The notes beneath the pieces are model-generated. The model worked only from the letters and a program-made list of their open reading frames with translations, had not been told where the DNA came from and ran no database searches. Made by a program: the position numbers and the translations under genes. DNA of 64,000 bases. Origin: Lingula anatina (taxonomy: Eukaryota; Animalia; Brachiopoda). The first letter of the stretch is position 1, and each line of letters starts with the position of its first letter. Shown one piece after another: positions 29,401 through 43,112 of the stretch. Location of the stretch: positions 9,548,001 through 9,612,000 of the forward strand of contig CM120647.1 of the NCBI GenBank assembly GCA_051362555.1. The letters are read 5' to 3'.

Positions 29401-31204
29401 GTCCTGCGAGACATGTCAATGTCAACTAATCTATTTCCGGTCAAATTCGTTTTATCTAGGACCACCAAACAGAGAATTCCTTTTTGTAAGATTACAGAAA
29501 GGTCAGTCAAGCATTGGAAACGGAATACGGACACATATTTAGCATGTACCCCTATTCTAATGAGAATATTTACCAAACGATTTTCCTGTACATAAAATAA
29601 GCTTATGGGTGTTTTTTTTTTCCTTTTATATATAGATAAAGTAGGCCTATGATTGTTTTCTTCAAGAGAACTACTTTTCTATTAAGATGAATAAGAAAAG
29701 TTCATATTTTTCCTAAAGTAGTACAGGTGGGGTGAATAAGTGTCTTTCTTGTTGCTACGAAATTTTAGCTAAAACCGATTCTTTGAACGAAAGAGCCTGT
29801 CATCCTTCTCGTTATTCGTATTTTGTATAAATTTACTCATTCTGTTGCAGGCTAATAAAATAGATAAATAATTCAAGTGTACCAAATAATTAATTCCTTT
29901 TGTTTGTGTACAGTAGATTTGTCTTCGAATAAAAGTGGCCTAGCGCTACCCTCTTAAAACCAAATGTTGTCATCAGAAACGCTGTCGACTATACTCAAGT
30001 AGATGACCCGCTTTAAATGTCCACTAGTGCGCATTAACTTTAATTAAGAAAAACAAAACAAACGGCGACAATGGTTAGTCAATAAACAGCGCGTGCTAAT
30101 TTTCACACGCGGATGAGATTATCGATGTCCTTAGCGAATCAGAAGTAGACTTTCGGCTCTTCATTCATAAAAGAAAGCAGCATATCGCGTTACCTGAAAA
30201 CGTATACGAATCTACTTATGTATGTTAACCTATAGGTGCTTTTTGTTAGGTACACATATTTAAGTATTAGAAGTAGCCTAGACAGTTAACATGTGGTATT
30301 ACATGCTGAGTAAAGAAGCATTTACCAAGAGATATTGATGAACATTTTCAACCACCACCGTCCTCAGCCTCAATTCCTTACAGATTTAAGTATTTAGATA
30401 TCCGACATTTATTTCGGAAAAATACCAAGATGCACATATTAGGTTACATATGCTACTTACCGATTCAGACATTATGTCATTGCAAATAAACGGATTTTGA
30501 TTACGTAATTAAGACAATGGAAGAATAGCAGAGATTTTGGAGAATACAATGGCATGGCGTGAACCGTGACAGCCGCTGTTTTTGTGACTATTTGCGTGAA
30601 TTCTTAGGAAAGTATTTGGCTGTTAAGAAGGTGAACATTGATCACTGATATTACGTCACAATTAAAAGAAAAGAAGTGATTTTGGCCCTGTAAATGCATA
30701 TCCAATCAAAACTTATATTATCTCGATGCCTTTAAATACTGCCCAATGTCCAACTTCGTTCTATCCACTCAAACTGCAGTATCTACACGCGCTTCTTGCT
30801 ATAATTCCTAATACATTCCAGCTAAAAAGAATTCAACATTTTTAAACTTGGTAAATTTCATATTGGCACTCTAAACCCCTTACATGGCCATCAAGCTAAC
30901 GTTTGTTTAATGGGTTATTTATTTATTTATTTATTTATTTTATTTTACTTTATTTAATTTTATTTATTTTATTTATTTTATTTTATTTTTTTTTGCAGTC
31001 GTATATGCCCTGCTACCATTGTGACAGAGAAGCCGACACGTGACACATAAAGCAATCAGAGAGTGCAATCACAAAAATGCTTCTGTTGACACAGCAAACT
31101 CACGCCTTCCGTGACGACAAACATTCTCCTGCAGAATACACAAACATGCCTTACGACTATTTACACATACTGGATGAATGAAGCGTGTCCACACTGGCAC
31201 ATCT

Positions 31205-31462
31205 AGGGCTCATTCCCATTGAAATTATCGGTCTACATAGATCGGTCCAACGCCGAGGGGACTCTCGCTGAATGCGATCAATTTAACAGATTGGCACATT
31301 TCCTTTTGATTCCAACATACTCGTATAGTGAACCGCTTTTCTGTATTCAACTCGACGCTAGTAGGATGCGTGTTCATCTGTTAAACTGATTGCATTCAGC
31401 GAGAGACCCTGAGGAGTTGGATCGATCTACGTAGACCGATAGTTTCAGTGGGAATGAGCTCT
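31205..31462. mobile_element. Palindromic MITE, family A (best-preserved copy)
   Basis: AGGGCTCATTCCCA...TGGGAATGAGCTCT termini, with ~85-bp near-perfect inverted arms. Confidence 0.88.
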
Positions 31463-33200
31463 TTCAGGCAAACATGTCCTGACTGTTAAATAAGTGAAAA
31501 CTGACTTAACCCTTATTCTTTTGACTGAACTTAGTTTCAATGTTTGATATAGAAAATTAGAGAAATGGTGCTCAATACTAGAGGCCAACTGAGGGATGAA
31601 ATTGATCCCATGCCAAAATTCTTACAGAAGAAAAAAATGTCATGAATTAGCCAGACACACATCTGTGGATATCTAGTGAAATACCAATTTGTGGTCCTGA
31701 TAGAGACATGGACAAAATGACGAATTCTTTACTTCGTGACATTTTTTCAAGGTAGAGGCTTGGGTGCCTCTTTTGTTAGTGTCCTAATATTCAGAGGTTT
31801 GTCTGTTCGTTAATTAAATACATGTACGTCTTTGGGTGGTCGGGTCTTGCCTTGGTGAAAATCCAACAAAAAAATTCATGATAAAGCGACGATAAAGGAT
31901 AGGCCCCTTGGGGCATGTGTTTTGACAGCGACTTGACCCCTTGTGACCTTTCCAAATCTGCTTTTCCAATGACGTCAGCAATGAACGTGCCCAATATAAA
32001 GCCTTAATGAGTTATTAACAGAGAAACCTTACTTCGAATAAAGGAGTTTTGCTAACAATTAATAAACTAGTGACTTCTATATACTGTAGGTATCCCCTGG
32101 GCGTTAAAGGTGTGATATTACGGGTACTTTTCACTGACCAACACTTTGGGCATGCTATCAAATTTAATTAGTGTGTGTGTGGGGGGGCATGTGCGACAGT
32201 CAGACGTATTTACAACTTTAAAAAACAACCCTTGTGTGTATGCCACATTCGGTGCGGCAGCATAGTAAGCCGACTCCAGGCGAAGGCAACAAGTTAGTTT
32301 TTCCGACAATAGTGCAATCCAAACTGCGACCCCCGAGGCGCTGTCGCAAACCCTCCTAGGGAAAAATGCTCTGTTTACATAGGCACACTTTACAGTTCAC
32401 ACATTAATGACAAATTGCTTCCCAAACACGGTTTTAATAAGTTACACAACAAGCGGCGGCTATCGATTATCACGCGTATTTCTTAAGGCGGTGTTTGACT
32501 CTCGCGTCTCCTTGGTGTGTAGCTTATGTAAGCACCCAAAGGAGGAGCAAACATTTATTGTAAGTCGGCTGCAGATATGTCGAATACTTTTGGCCCGTTA
32601 TATACTAGTTTTCTATACAAAATACGTTTCGTCGATAACATACCTATTGCCTCTCATGCCATTTGAAGTAGATTACTTGTGGGTAACAAAAACTTGGGGT
32701 AAGCCGGTAATATGCCGTGTCTTTTCTCGCGGAACACAGAAATTACGCCATCAAGTGGATTCTGAAGAGGGGGGGCAAGTTCTCAAATTCCGCCAAAACT
32801 TTTAAGTGCTTTTCTACTTGTGGGTAACAACAACTTGGGGTAAACATTTGGCGTTTATTTCCCCTTCTTGTCTTTTTGCACAGAAGCCTTGGAGTGGCCA
32901 TTTATAAAATATCAAACAATCCGCCATAGAATATCCTGGTTTCTTTACGTAGCTTATCAAATAGGGGTGACGCAAACAGTTGGACAACAAGACAGAAAAC
33001 ATCAAATAATGAGTGTGCAAATAATCCCGTCTCTAAAGTACCTACTACAGTTTATAGTGCTTTAAAAGCAAACTCGTTGCTCAAGCGATTTTTTTTTCCG
33101 CATTTTTTTTCTCCTTTCTTTTTTCTTTCACATCTGTTATTCAATATAATGAAAGAAACGAATAGCACGGTTACACTGGTAAATTTAACAATTGGCAGCA

Positions 33201-33231
<31 letters not shown>

Positions 33232-33546
33232 CCGGCTTCTAGGCACGTATCCGCAGGACAATAATAACATAGTACGCTACTAAAATCAAACCATTTGACT
33301 TTTGTATCCGTAATTGCGTATTAATAACACCAACAGCCGCAGGGACCCTTGAAAGTGATCACGTACGCTCAATTAACACCCAGTCGCGGAGAATTTCGTG
33401 CTTGGCGAGGCGGCAAGAAGTGTGTTGATATAGCCGTAGATTTGTTCTGCCCCATTACGCCCGAGTCGGTAAATGGACATGGCTTTATATGGTGATCTAT
33501 CTCGAGTTACAAGGCGCTTGAGGTTTGATTTGCGATTAATTAAAAA

Positions 33547-33800
33547 CCATTCCCACACATTATCGTACTAACTTTGGATCCAACTATCTCCGAGGGGATT
33601 CTCCCTTAATTGCAATTATCTTAGATGTGGCTTAGATGTCTGTCACGCCTTCTGAGGCTGATAGGGAGCAATTAACTAGCGTTTAGCAGCTTTTGTGGGC
33701 GTCCCAGGCTTCTAAGCCGCTTGGGCTGAAAACAATTTATCGAGGGACCTCGGGGAGATAGACCGATCCTATTAGATCGATCTAGGGATGGGAACCCAGT
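33547..33800. mobile_element. Palindromic MITE, family A (decayed)
   Basis: CCATTCCCA..CTATCTCCGAGG / CCTCGGGGAGATAG..GATCGATC..TGGGAA arms. Confidence 0.6.
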
Positions 33801-35747
33801 CTTAAGCCCTTGGGTCGACTTGCGACTTGTGGGAGTTGGTTGCGGGAGAAAAATCGGTCCTAAAATTAAACGACAGCCAGGGGCTTAAACCGTGTGACAG
33901 GGACTTCAATGTCTGGGTGAACTTCGGTCCAATACCTAGCTATTACCGACGATTAGTTCATGTCTATTTGAATTTTGAATGTGTATAAGCAGATGTGGGT
34001 AGATTTAAGAAACATAGCCAAATATTATTTTCAAAGTCAAAAGTAATACTCAGGTGAATGGAGAGAATTATGGACTAGACTTGCCCTTAAAAAACCAATT
34101 GACGAAAAGGCAGAAAAACGACATTTTAATTACTGCATGTACTTAATGGTAATTTCTGTCATACTTTGTATTCATAAATTTTGTGTTGATTATATATGAC
34201 GCGTACAAAATGTACATAAATCGGCCATGTAAATAAATGAGAAACCAATCAGCAAAAAGAAGAGGGGGGACAATAAAAAGACAATTCTTTTTAAAATGTA
34301 AAAAAATATAGACAATAAAATATTAATTTACTGCCAAAGACATTTTCTCTATGTTACTCACAACGTGGCGGTGCTGAATGTTTTTCTTTTTTTTCTTTCC
34401 TTTTTTTTCCCTCGCGGCTCTAACGATTCGGAAATTATAGCTTCCATAAACATTAATTTATAATTTCAAACTCACCTCCAGACAATTCCCTGTTCCTCTA
34501 ACCTTTGGTCCCTTTACTCAAGGTCGAATTCTCACTAATTATTAATTATCGCAAAAGAGAATATGATGTTTTTGATGTAAACATTTTTGCGATACAAGCT
34601 GTTTTTAAATAACAGGTGAACGCCAAGCTGGTATTGTTGAGTTAAATGTTGCCTAAGGTTGTTGATTTTTGCTCAAAATGCCCCAAGGCCGACTCTGAGC
34701 CCATGGGGGTTTTCTCACGACGGCGACAGTATAAAAAGTTAATCGTCGTTGCACATTTACGGTATTTCTAATAACGATAACACAATGCGATAAATGCTGT
34801 CACTAAAAGTTGGAAATTGATATTGATTGTTTGCGATGCATCGAAGTAGAAAAACAGTTCACCTCAAAACTGTTTTGTCGTAGGGTTTTTGACGGATTCT
34901 TGAGGAGTATTTACTTTAAGATGAGCCGGAGAGTTTATACGCAAGAAGAATGGGGGAGGGTCAAATATCGAACGGCTAAGCACGCGCGATTGATTAAAAA
35001 CTCAGTTACATTTCTCAAATAAGAAAAAAACTGACGCGAACTCTACTGAAAGACACGCCTAAATAGAAGTGAATAAAAACGATGGATTTTTTATCGAGCT
35101 ACTACCATGTTTTCGAGTGCACACATATCTACTTATAATGAGTTGTGTAGAAAAACATTGCCTATGATATTAACCGGATTCTTTCGACTGAAAGAAAACA
35201 AAGTTACAAAGTTACTGGGCTGAGTTTTTCTTATAGATTTTTCGATTTTTTTACACGTTTTATACTAACCGCTCCTTCTTGGAGGAATGCTGTTTAGGAA
35301 TTGAACTACTAAAAGAGTACTTGTTGACATCTGTAGGAATTGAATTTTTTAAAATTCTTCTGTTCTTTTTTAACACAACCTGTCTTATTAGAAAAAACTG
35401 TTTTGGACTTAAGATCACCTCAAATGAGTTCGTGTTCCATTTTTGTCTTTCAGAGCTTAATAATGTAAGGGCATCCAATGAAACGCAGCTGCAAAATATG
35501 AGATGAAAAAATAAAAATAAGAGATGAAAAATTAATGTTTTTTTTCTGTTTTTCCTTTCGTGATCTCTCGCTGCTAAGCTTGCACATCAACATATGGATC
35601 TTTCACGTTGCTGCCTCTGTCTCTTAACTCCTTCTCTGCCTCCTCTCTCTCCGAGCGTTCTCTCTTTTTGTGTATCAAGTTCTCTCTCTCACTCTGTCTT
35701 TCTATCTCCCTCAATTTTGAGCTTGCCTATTTCTCTCCCACCCAAAC

Positions 35748-35890
35748 CTCTCTCTCTCTCTCTCACGCACACGCGCACACACACACACACACACACACAT
35801 GCTCACATGCACACACACACACACACACGCTCACAAGCACGCACATACGCACACACACGCTCATACGCGCACACACACACACACACACGC
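35748..35890 (+). repeat. (CT)n-(CA)n compound microsatellite
   Basis: Direct reading. Confidence 0.95.
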
Positions 35891-36362
35891 CACTATCCCC
35901 AATGTTTTAAACAACCACCCAATAACGCAAGCTTATCGATTTCAATCAAACGCCCATATTTTGCAGAAACAGCTAACACGCCCTTCTGGCAATTAACACA
36001 AAGCCAAGTTGTATATAAAACGTTCCTTTTAATTGCAGGAGCTATGCAAATTACACGAACCAGTTCCGATTAAACAGTGGATGGAAAAGAGGGGTAATAC
36101 GATAGCTCCTCACAGCTGGGCTTGCTCACAGCAATATGAAAAAGATGAAAATAATCGCTTTAAAAAATGAAAAGTCCCACTTCAGATTGCCATTTGTGTT
36201 ATTCATAGTTTTTGGTCCATTGTTTGAAAGAAACTATTTAATGGACAGGTATTGGACACGCCATGACTACTCTTTGCTTTGTCGTTTGCTCTATTTTTGT
36301 TTCGATTAATTTTTTCGTCTGTCTGTAAGGCACACATACCACTTTTTTTCTATTTCTCACTT

Positions 36363-36481
<119 letters not shown>

Positions 36482-38980
36482 CTAAGTAATAGAAGATAAA
36501 ATGTCAATCCCGGATATCAGACATTTTGTCCCATTTGATTTTACAGATTCGCTCTACCGGACGGAGAGACTAAACTTCTCATTTCTGCACCATATCGCTT
36601 ACCGTTAATCACAAAGTCTCTCTAAACTCCTCGCCTATAGAAGCTTGTCCCCTCGAGTCACTTGTCGCCCCGTGGAATAATCGCCCTTCGGGGGAGAGAG
36701 TAGTTAAGTATGTATCAGAATCTTTGTGAGATCGATAGGCACGGTAATTGATTTGTTGATGCGTGAATAGAGCGGGGATGTGTGATTATTATCAACACAG
36801 TAATCTGGGGAGTTATGGACACTTGCCTGGCTAATATGGAGGTTAATCGTTTTTAATGATATTAAATTTGTGTTTAAATGCTGGTCTGGTTTTTCAGACC
36901 AGTACGTTTACTCTTGTTACATTGGTCACTCCTCCTAAGGACATTTTCTCTTTCATTTCACGTCATAGTGAGCGCTTTGACTCCTTTTTTTTCAACCTCA
37001 TTAGAACTTTATTTTTAATATCAAGAAGTGCTTTTTTGGTTCAGCAATTTTTTATCTAAACATATCTATCTAACCAGTCTTAATGGGGAAGAAGCTATTT
37101 GTGGACTATACCTCGTCAAATATGTGTTCAAGCAGCGTAGACCGTTTCCTAAGTGTCAATAAACTCAATAAATCTAAATTTAGAATATTCAAACAAACGC
37201 AGAACGTTGCTATTTATCAGACGACGTTCTATCAGTCGTTTTGAGAGACGCTCAGACTTTTAAGGGTGGCAAGAAAGTCTAAAATTATTCTGAGACGCAC
37301 TGAAGAATTAGACTCCTCATGATCACAGACCGGCAAACGCCACTGACAATCTCTGTCGACATAAAAATGTAGGGTCCGCAGAAATGTGCCTTACTTGTAT
37401 TCTTACTTGCAAATTCTCCAAAATTGCACTTTCCTTAATGTTCTCCTCGGGGAAAGAAGGAGGAAGGAATGGGAATTCCCACCCCTCCTCCTCATACTAA
37501 CTTATCCCAAACCCATCAGTGATCAGCGCTTTAAAAAAATAATAATCATAAATAAAAAAGAGAGAAGTAAGTTGCCAGGCGTCTAACAAATGAAAAGTTG
37601 TAGCTTCTTATTTAATATGAGGAATACAAACGTGTCCTGTGCTTTGCCAGGCGTCTAATTTTGAATAATTAAGTCCCTACTGCCCACTAGGGACACCTTG
37701 AATCATATGGTTGACAGGGCAGGGCTCCGACCTTTTGACGTATTCAGGTCCCTTCCTCCCATGAAATCAATTTGTCGACACGCGTCATTTAAGACGATGC
37801 TTTCAGCCATTAACTTAAGATACGTTGTTAAGTAATTAGATAATTAACTTACGTGACTTAGAGGTATCAGTCGTTAAAACGGGGGTGTCTTGAAAAGTTG
37901 TCCGACTGTCTGGAAAAGCGCCCTTCATTCGAATGCCTTCCTTTGACCGTGCTGTGGTCCTTTCAATCGAATTTCTATTGTACTTAAAGCGGACAAATAT
38001 TTGTCAATTTCCGCGTAAGAAAAACACTCTGAAAGCGGCCGACCCTTAATGGGTCTCTCACTGACACTAAACCTTCTCAACAAACGGGACACTTTTAATC
38101 AAATTACCAAACAGAATGGTAAAAAACAGAAATGCGTACCACGACAGGAGACAATGCCAAGTTAAATATTACAGTTGTGAGAAACATCGATGCCTGAATC
38201 TTGGCGCATTTAAGTAAGGTGTGTAAACAAAATGGTGGGTTCCTTTCGAGAAAAGTATCCCAACAAGTGATTTGAAGTGGCACTTAGGTTTGTGCTTCAT
38301 GTTCTAGTTCCCAAATGTATCCATATATCCATGTCCTATCGCTGGGACTTCATCTAAATCATATGTGTACACGTGCTTCAAGCGTATTAAATCCATATAA
38401 TATAATATAATGCTGGCTTTATTTCTTTTATTTTGCTTTTGTTTTGTATTTTTTTGTACAGGATTTATTTAACTACGATCGTAGATAACTGAGGAACGTT
38501 TTGAAAATTTATAATTAACGTTAAGTTTTATTTCAATCAAGAGACGTCGTTTTGCCATAAGGCAAGTTTTGTATCCTTGATGTGCTGCTAGAATTATATA
38601 CATCGTATTTATACCGAGAGTGTGTGCGTGTGTGTGTGTGAGTGTGCGTGTGTGTACATGTACGTACTGTACGTGAGTGATTCATAGGTCTAAACTTCTA
38701 TATTAAGATTTTAAAATATTTTATTGTAATTTTTTCGTGTGTGTGTGTGTGTGTGTGTTGGTTGTGTTTTCTTTAGAATTGGAATGGTGCAATTAGAATG
38801 TGAACATGCTCTGGGCCAGTATGAGAGATGTATCGTTAAAAGTTGCAAATATGAAATTTAATCTACCTTGGCATATAAGATGACTCAGTCATTGTTTAGA
38901 CAAGGAAAGGCGAAACATTTTTGTCGAGTTTAGTCTGTATATTCTACTGTGTGCGATTAATACACACAATCAAATGCAAA

Positions 38981-39400
<420 letters not shown>

Positions 39401-41729
39401 AATAAGCTTTTACACACCGGTACTTCCCTTCACTCTTTATATTAGGCGGTCAATAACACATAAATTGCCATAAAATTTTAAAGACTGCAACATATTTTCT
39501 GAACATAAATAAATTAATTAATTAAACCAAATAAAACAAAGAAACAATAAACGGCTCTCTTACTTATTACTCTGCCCCAACAACACCAGAGCGACAACAA
39601 ATTAAGAAGACATCAGTATTCACTGACTCAGAAAAGTCTAAATATTGGCCCACCAATCCATAAGTGTTTAATAATTCACACTGCAATCTCTCCTCCTTTA
39701 TCTTCCATTGCCAGGTTCACTGGGGTTCACGAAGGTTGGATAAAGAAACCAATTTGATACTTAGAAAGTAGTTGACGAAGATGCTATTCAAACAGCCTTG
39801 AGTGTTACGTCACGTTTACATTTATCTCACGTTTCCTTAATAGGCGCTTTTCGCGTTGTGTAACGGTTATAACCTTCTTTCGCGCCGCTTTCGAACAGGA
39901 ATATTTGCGAGTCAATAGTGGCTTTATCCAATTGTTTCTTGTTTTGATTCATTCTACCCCTTATTATACGCACAATAAAATATCACTTTTGTATACATAA
40001 TTTACGAGAAAAAGTAAATAATTCGTTTGAGTAAATGTTTTAATTATCCAGTAGAATAAGAATAGCATGTAAGAACAAAATTCAATTGATACGTAATCTT
40101 GGAAGCACCAATTTATTTTTCAACATTCTTATTTCTCTCTTTATCTCTATTCATCTGTTTCTGGGACGTACGTTATTGCAAATAAATTTACTTTTTTCAA
40201 TGTGCAGAAATGAACAACTACAGTTACCTGTAAAGATTGTAACAAAATTAGAAAGAGGATGCAATAAGTGCGAGGCTCAACTATCGCATTCGGTGCAACT
40301 CTCAGCTATCACATTTAGTGTGTGGAGGTCAGCAATCGCACTGATGACGAACTGTTAAAGATGCATTCAAAGTCAATCTTTTGCCACAAATCGTACCAAA
40401 TGCCACCATATAGTTTCCAAAAGTACTGTTTAGAGAAATGCTCAAAAATATATTTGAAATTATATTACCTCCTGTTTCGGTCGATAAAATCACTTGAGCA
40501 GTCTCATTTGAATAAATATGTAGTTGTGAGCGCAGCAATACGGTAGTGTAATGGATGATTATGCAATTCGCGGGCAGTACTGCGTCATTTAAATATGGGA
40601 CTTAAACGAACTGGAGGGACGGAAAAATAGGTCAATTTACGAAAAAAAATCGAAGACGGTACAGCTTTTTTTTTTTTTCTTTTTTTCTTTTTTTATTTTA
40701 TTATTATTTATTTATTTATTATTATTATTATTTATTTATTTTTTTTTTTTTGAAAAACGAGGCATTAATTTGGTTCATGATTTGGACTTTATTTCAGTCG
40801 TATAAGAAACTTGTAAATATGGTTAATATGCGTTATTGGAAATCCACACTTCCCTTATGTGCAATTTTAAAGAAGAAAAAAATTAATCATCCTGGAAACT
40901 ACAACAATATTCCCATATTGGCTAAAGTAAACTTTCTTTAAAACCGTTGAAAAAATGTAAATCTATGAACGAGCTATATATTTCATTTGGTTAACCAAAT
41001 TTATCAGCTTCCATCTGCAGGTACTTAGCTGTAAAAAGTGTATTTTCTCGTAAAGTCTCGCAAGTAACTTATGAATGGTAGTACGTCTGAGGCCCGGATG
41101 ATACTAGCAGGCACCACAATGGAGACGCGGGAAACGGTAGTCACTCCGCCAACAAAACCCAGAGAATGACAGAGAATAAAATAGCACTTAAACAGTTTAT
41201 TTTGAAACAGCTCAAAAAAAATGAAAGTGAAGTGAGGTGAGAAAAAAACGCGATAGGCCTAGTTTCTTTCCACAAATTGAAAAAAATTGACCAAAAACTG
41301 GCTAATACCTTTTATGGAACGCTCTTGCTTTCCACAATCACTTTAATATATGCCGAATGTAAGCAAACAAATAAAGCCAAGAATTCAAAATGTTTTTCTT
41401 TGAAACTTACTTGTGACCAAAATTCTCTGGGAGTGTTGCTTCCCCTCTTAACCTCGAGATTGGTCGAAAGCGAGAGAGAACTTGCTCCTCCCTTACTACC
41501 CCCTGTACTTCCGTTGAGCATCAAAATGCCGATCCTAATTTTTTTATTCAATAGGTTAAAACAGCCCAGTTTCAAGTGAATTAGTATGAATAATCATATG
41601 CATACAATCTCATGCGACACACGTTCTCGTATGTACAAAAATTAAACCAACAACACAGGTTAAAAGTGTGCATTTTAAAAATTCATTTTCGAATTTTAAG
41701 AAACTGCACAGTCACATGCAACTAGCGTC

Positions 41730-42914
41730 TCAAGTTACTAACGACTGACCAACTTCAAATTTGCCACACATCTGGGAAGTTATGGTAGTGATGGACGCTG
41801 CATTAATATCAGTGGACACATGTTGGTTTGAACACTGCCCATCCTGCCCATCGTTAGAACCACGCTCAACTGTCATCTTAGACTTTGAACTACTGCCAGT
41901 ACAACAACAATAGCAGTTTTTAAACACATTTATCAGTTCGTTCCTGAAGATCTGTGCCGATGCAACGAAGAGAAAAAAATTTATGTTGTGATTCACCAAA
42001 CTTAGAAGAAACAGCAATTCCCGAACAAAGACATGTTCTACGGACATGTAATAACCTATCCCAGTGTACGAAGCCATTGATATCATCCTATATAGCTCAA
42101 ATCCGGAAAGTGGCCAGGTAAGCACGATGAACGCGATCAATGTCGTTAGTAGCAGAGTGTTTGTTTTATTTTTCGTCGATCCACGTCTATCCGAGTGCTG
42201 CTGCAGACGACCAGTCAACTGTTGCCTTAAAGAATGAATCTGTCTAAGTTTATACACAATAGCAAACGTCATAGCAGTAATGGCTACAGAAACCAATATG
42301 TTTCCAAATGCCATTATATAATTCAAAGCAACATTAATTTCAAGCGCTGCCTCTGCTGATAAAAAACATATTGCAATGTTGGGAGAACTCAAGCCTAAAG
42401 CCAAAAGAATGAGAGCAAGACAAGTCAATAAAGCTTTTCGTCGGGTGCACAGCGAAGCTGCTTGCAGTGGTTTATAAACTATAATAAGTCTCTCTACAGT
42501 CACCGCCAATACGTAAAAATCTGACAGAAGTCGAAACGTATCACTAAAAATATGACTTGCAGTAGCAGCGCCACACGAGAACTCCGTCGTTTTAAAAAGG
42601 GTATCCCACAAGATGCATTCGCACGATGAATGTGTAAGCCGTAACTGATCTGCACCGGCAAGGAACAAAATGTAGACGAAAGTTGACTTCTGCCTTAGGA
42701 TTGGACGTCGAAGAACCACGAAGAATGTGAGGAAGTTACTAATCAGACCGATGGCCGCCAAGACGTGTACTACGGTACACCAACACGTCTGGAAGGTAAG
42801 CCAGCACCTCTGCTCGGGAGAAAGCTCGGAATAATAAAACCAACTCCCATTATCATCTGATGAACCACTGTAATCATAATATTCAAACTCGTATGGGTAG
42901 TCGGTATCAGCCAT
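41730..42914 (-). CDS. Class A (rhodopsin-like) 7TM GPCR, paralog 1 (394 aa), orphan/FMRFamide-receptor-like expansion type
   Basis: Uninterrupted ORF with seven hydrophobic segments. Motifs: TM1 GLISN, TM2 LAGAD, TM3 VERL+IIVYKPL (DRY equivalent), TM6 FIVLTWP, TM7 NHNINFFLF (NPxxY equivalent), helix 8 FRNEL, Cys cluster CYCCC. The ATG at 42914 has a good Kozak context (acgATGG) and is conserved in all full-length paralogs; the ORF-track start at 42938 is a TTG. Confidence 0.93.
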   Translation of the reverse strand: MADTDYPYEFEYYDYSGSSDDNGSWFYYSELSPEQRCWLTFQTCWCTVVHVLAAIGLISNFLTFFVVLRRPILRQKSTFVYILFLAGADQLRLTHSSCECILWDTLFKTTEFSCGAATASHIFSDTFRLLSDFYVLAVTVERLIIVYKPLQAASLCTRRKALLTCLALILLALGLSSPNIAICFLSAEAALEINVALNYIMAFGNILVSVAITAMTFAIVYKLRQIHSLRQQLTGRLQQHSDRRGSTKNKTNTLLLTTLIAFIVLTWPLSGFELYRMISMASYTGIGYYMSVEHVFVRELLFLLSLVNHNINFFLFVASAQIFRNELINVFKNCYCCCTGSSSKSKMTVERGSNDGQDGQCSNQHVSTDINAASITTITSQMCGKFEVGQSLVT

Positions 42915-43099
42915 CGTCAAATGCTGCCTTAGCTTCAAGATTAAGTTTATTCTTTACACCACAACAGACAGCAGTGCTGGTGGGTTCGGGGAAAAGATGA
43001 CAAAAGAAACGCAGGTCTATCTACAGTTGTCTCTGTAATATGTAGCTGATCACCAGTATATCAGTGGGTCTGTTGTTCGGTATAACCGACAGCGTTAAT

Positions 43100-43112
43100 C
43101 TGAAAAAAAAAG
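43100..43112 (-). other. Putative 3' splice acceptor of a 5'UTR intron, ~185 nt upstream of the paralog 1 ATG
   Basis: Minus strand CTTTTTTTTTCAG|ATT. The homologous TTTTATTTCAG|ACT is found upstream of paralog 4 (61470). Confidence 0.55.

Noticed and set aside
33802-33888. Tiny element with TTAAGCCC.TGG inverted ends
   Set aside because: Only a 12-bp inverted match in a single copy, which is insufficient support.
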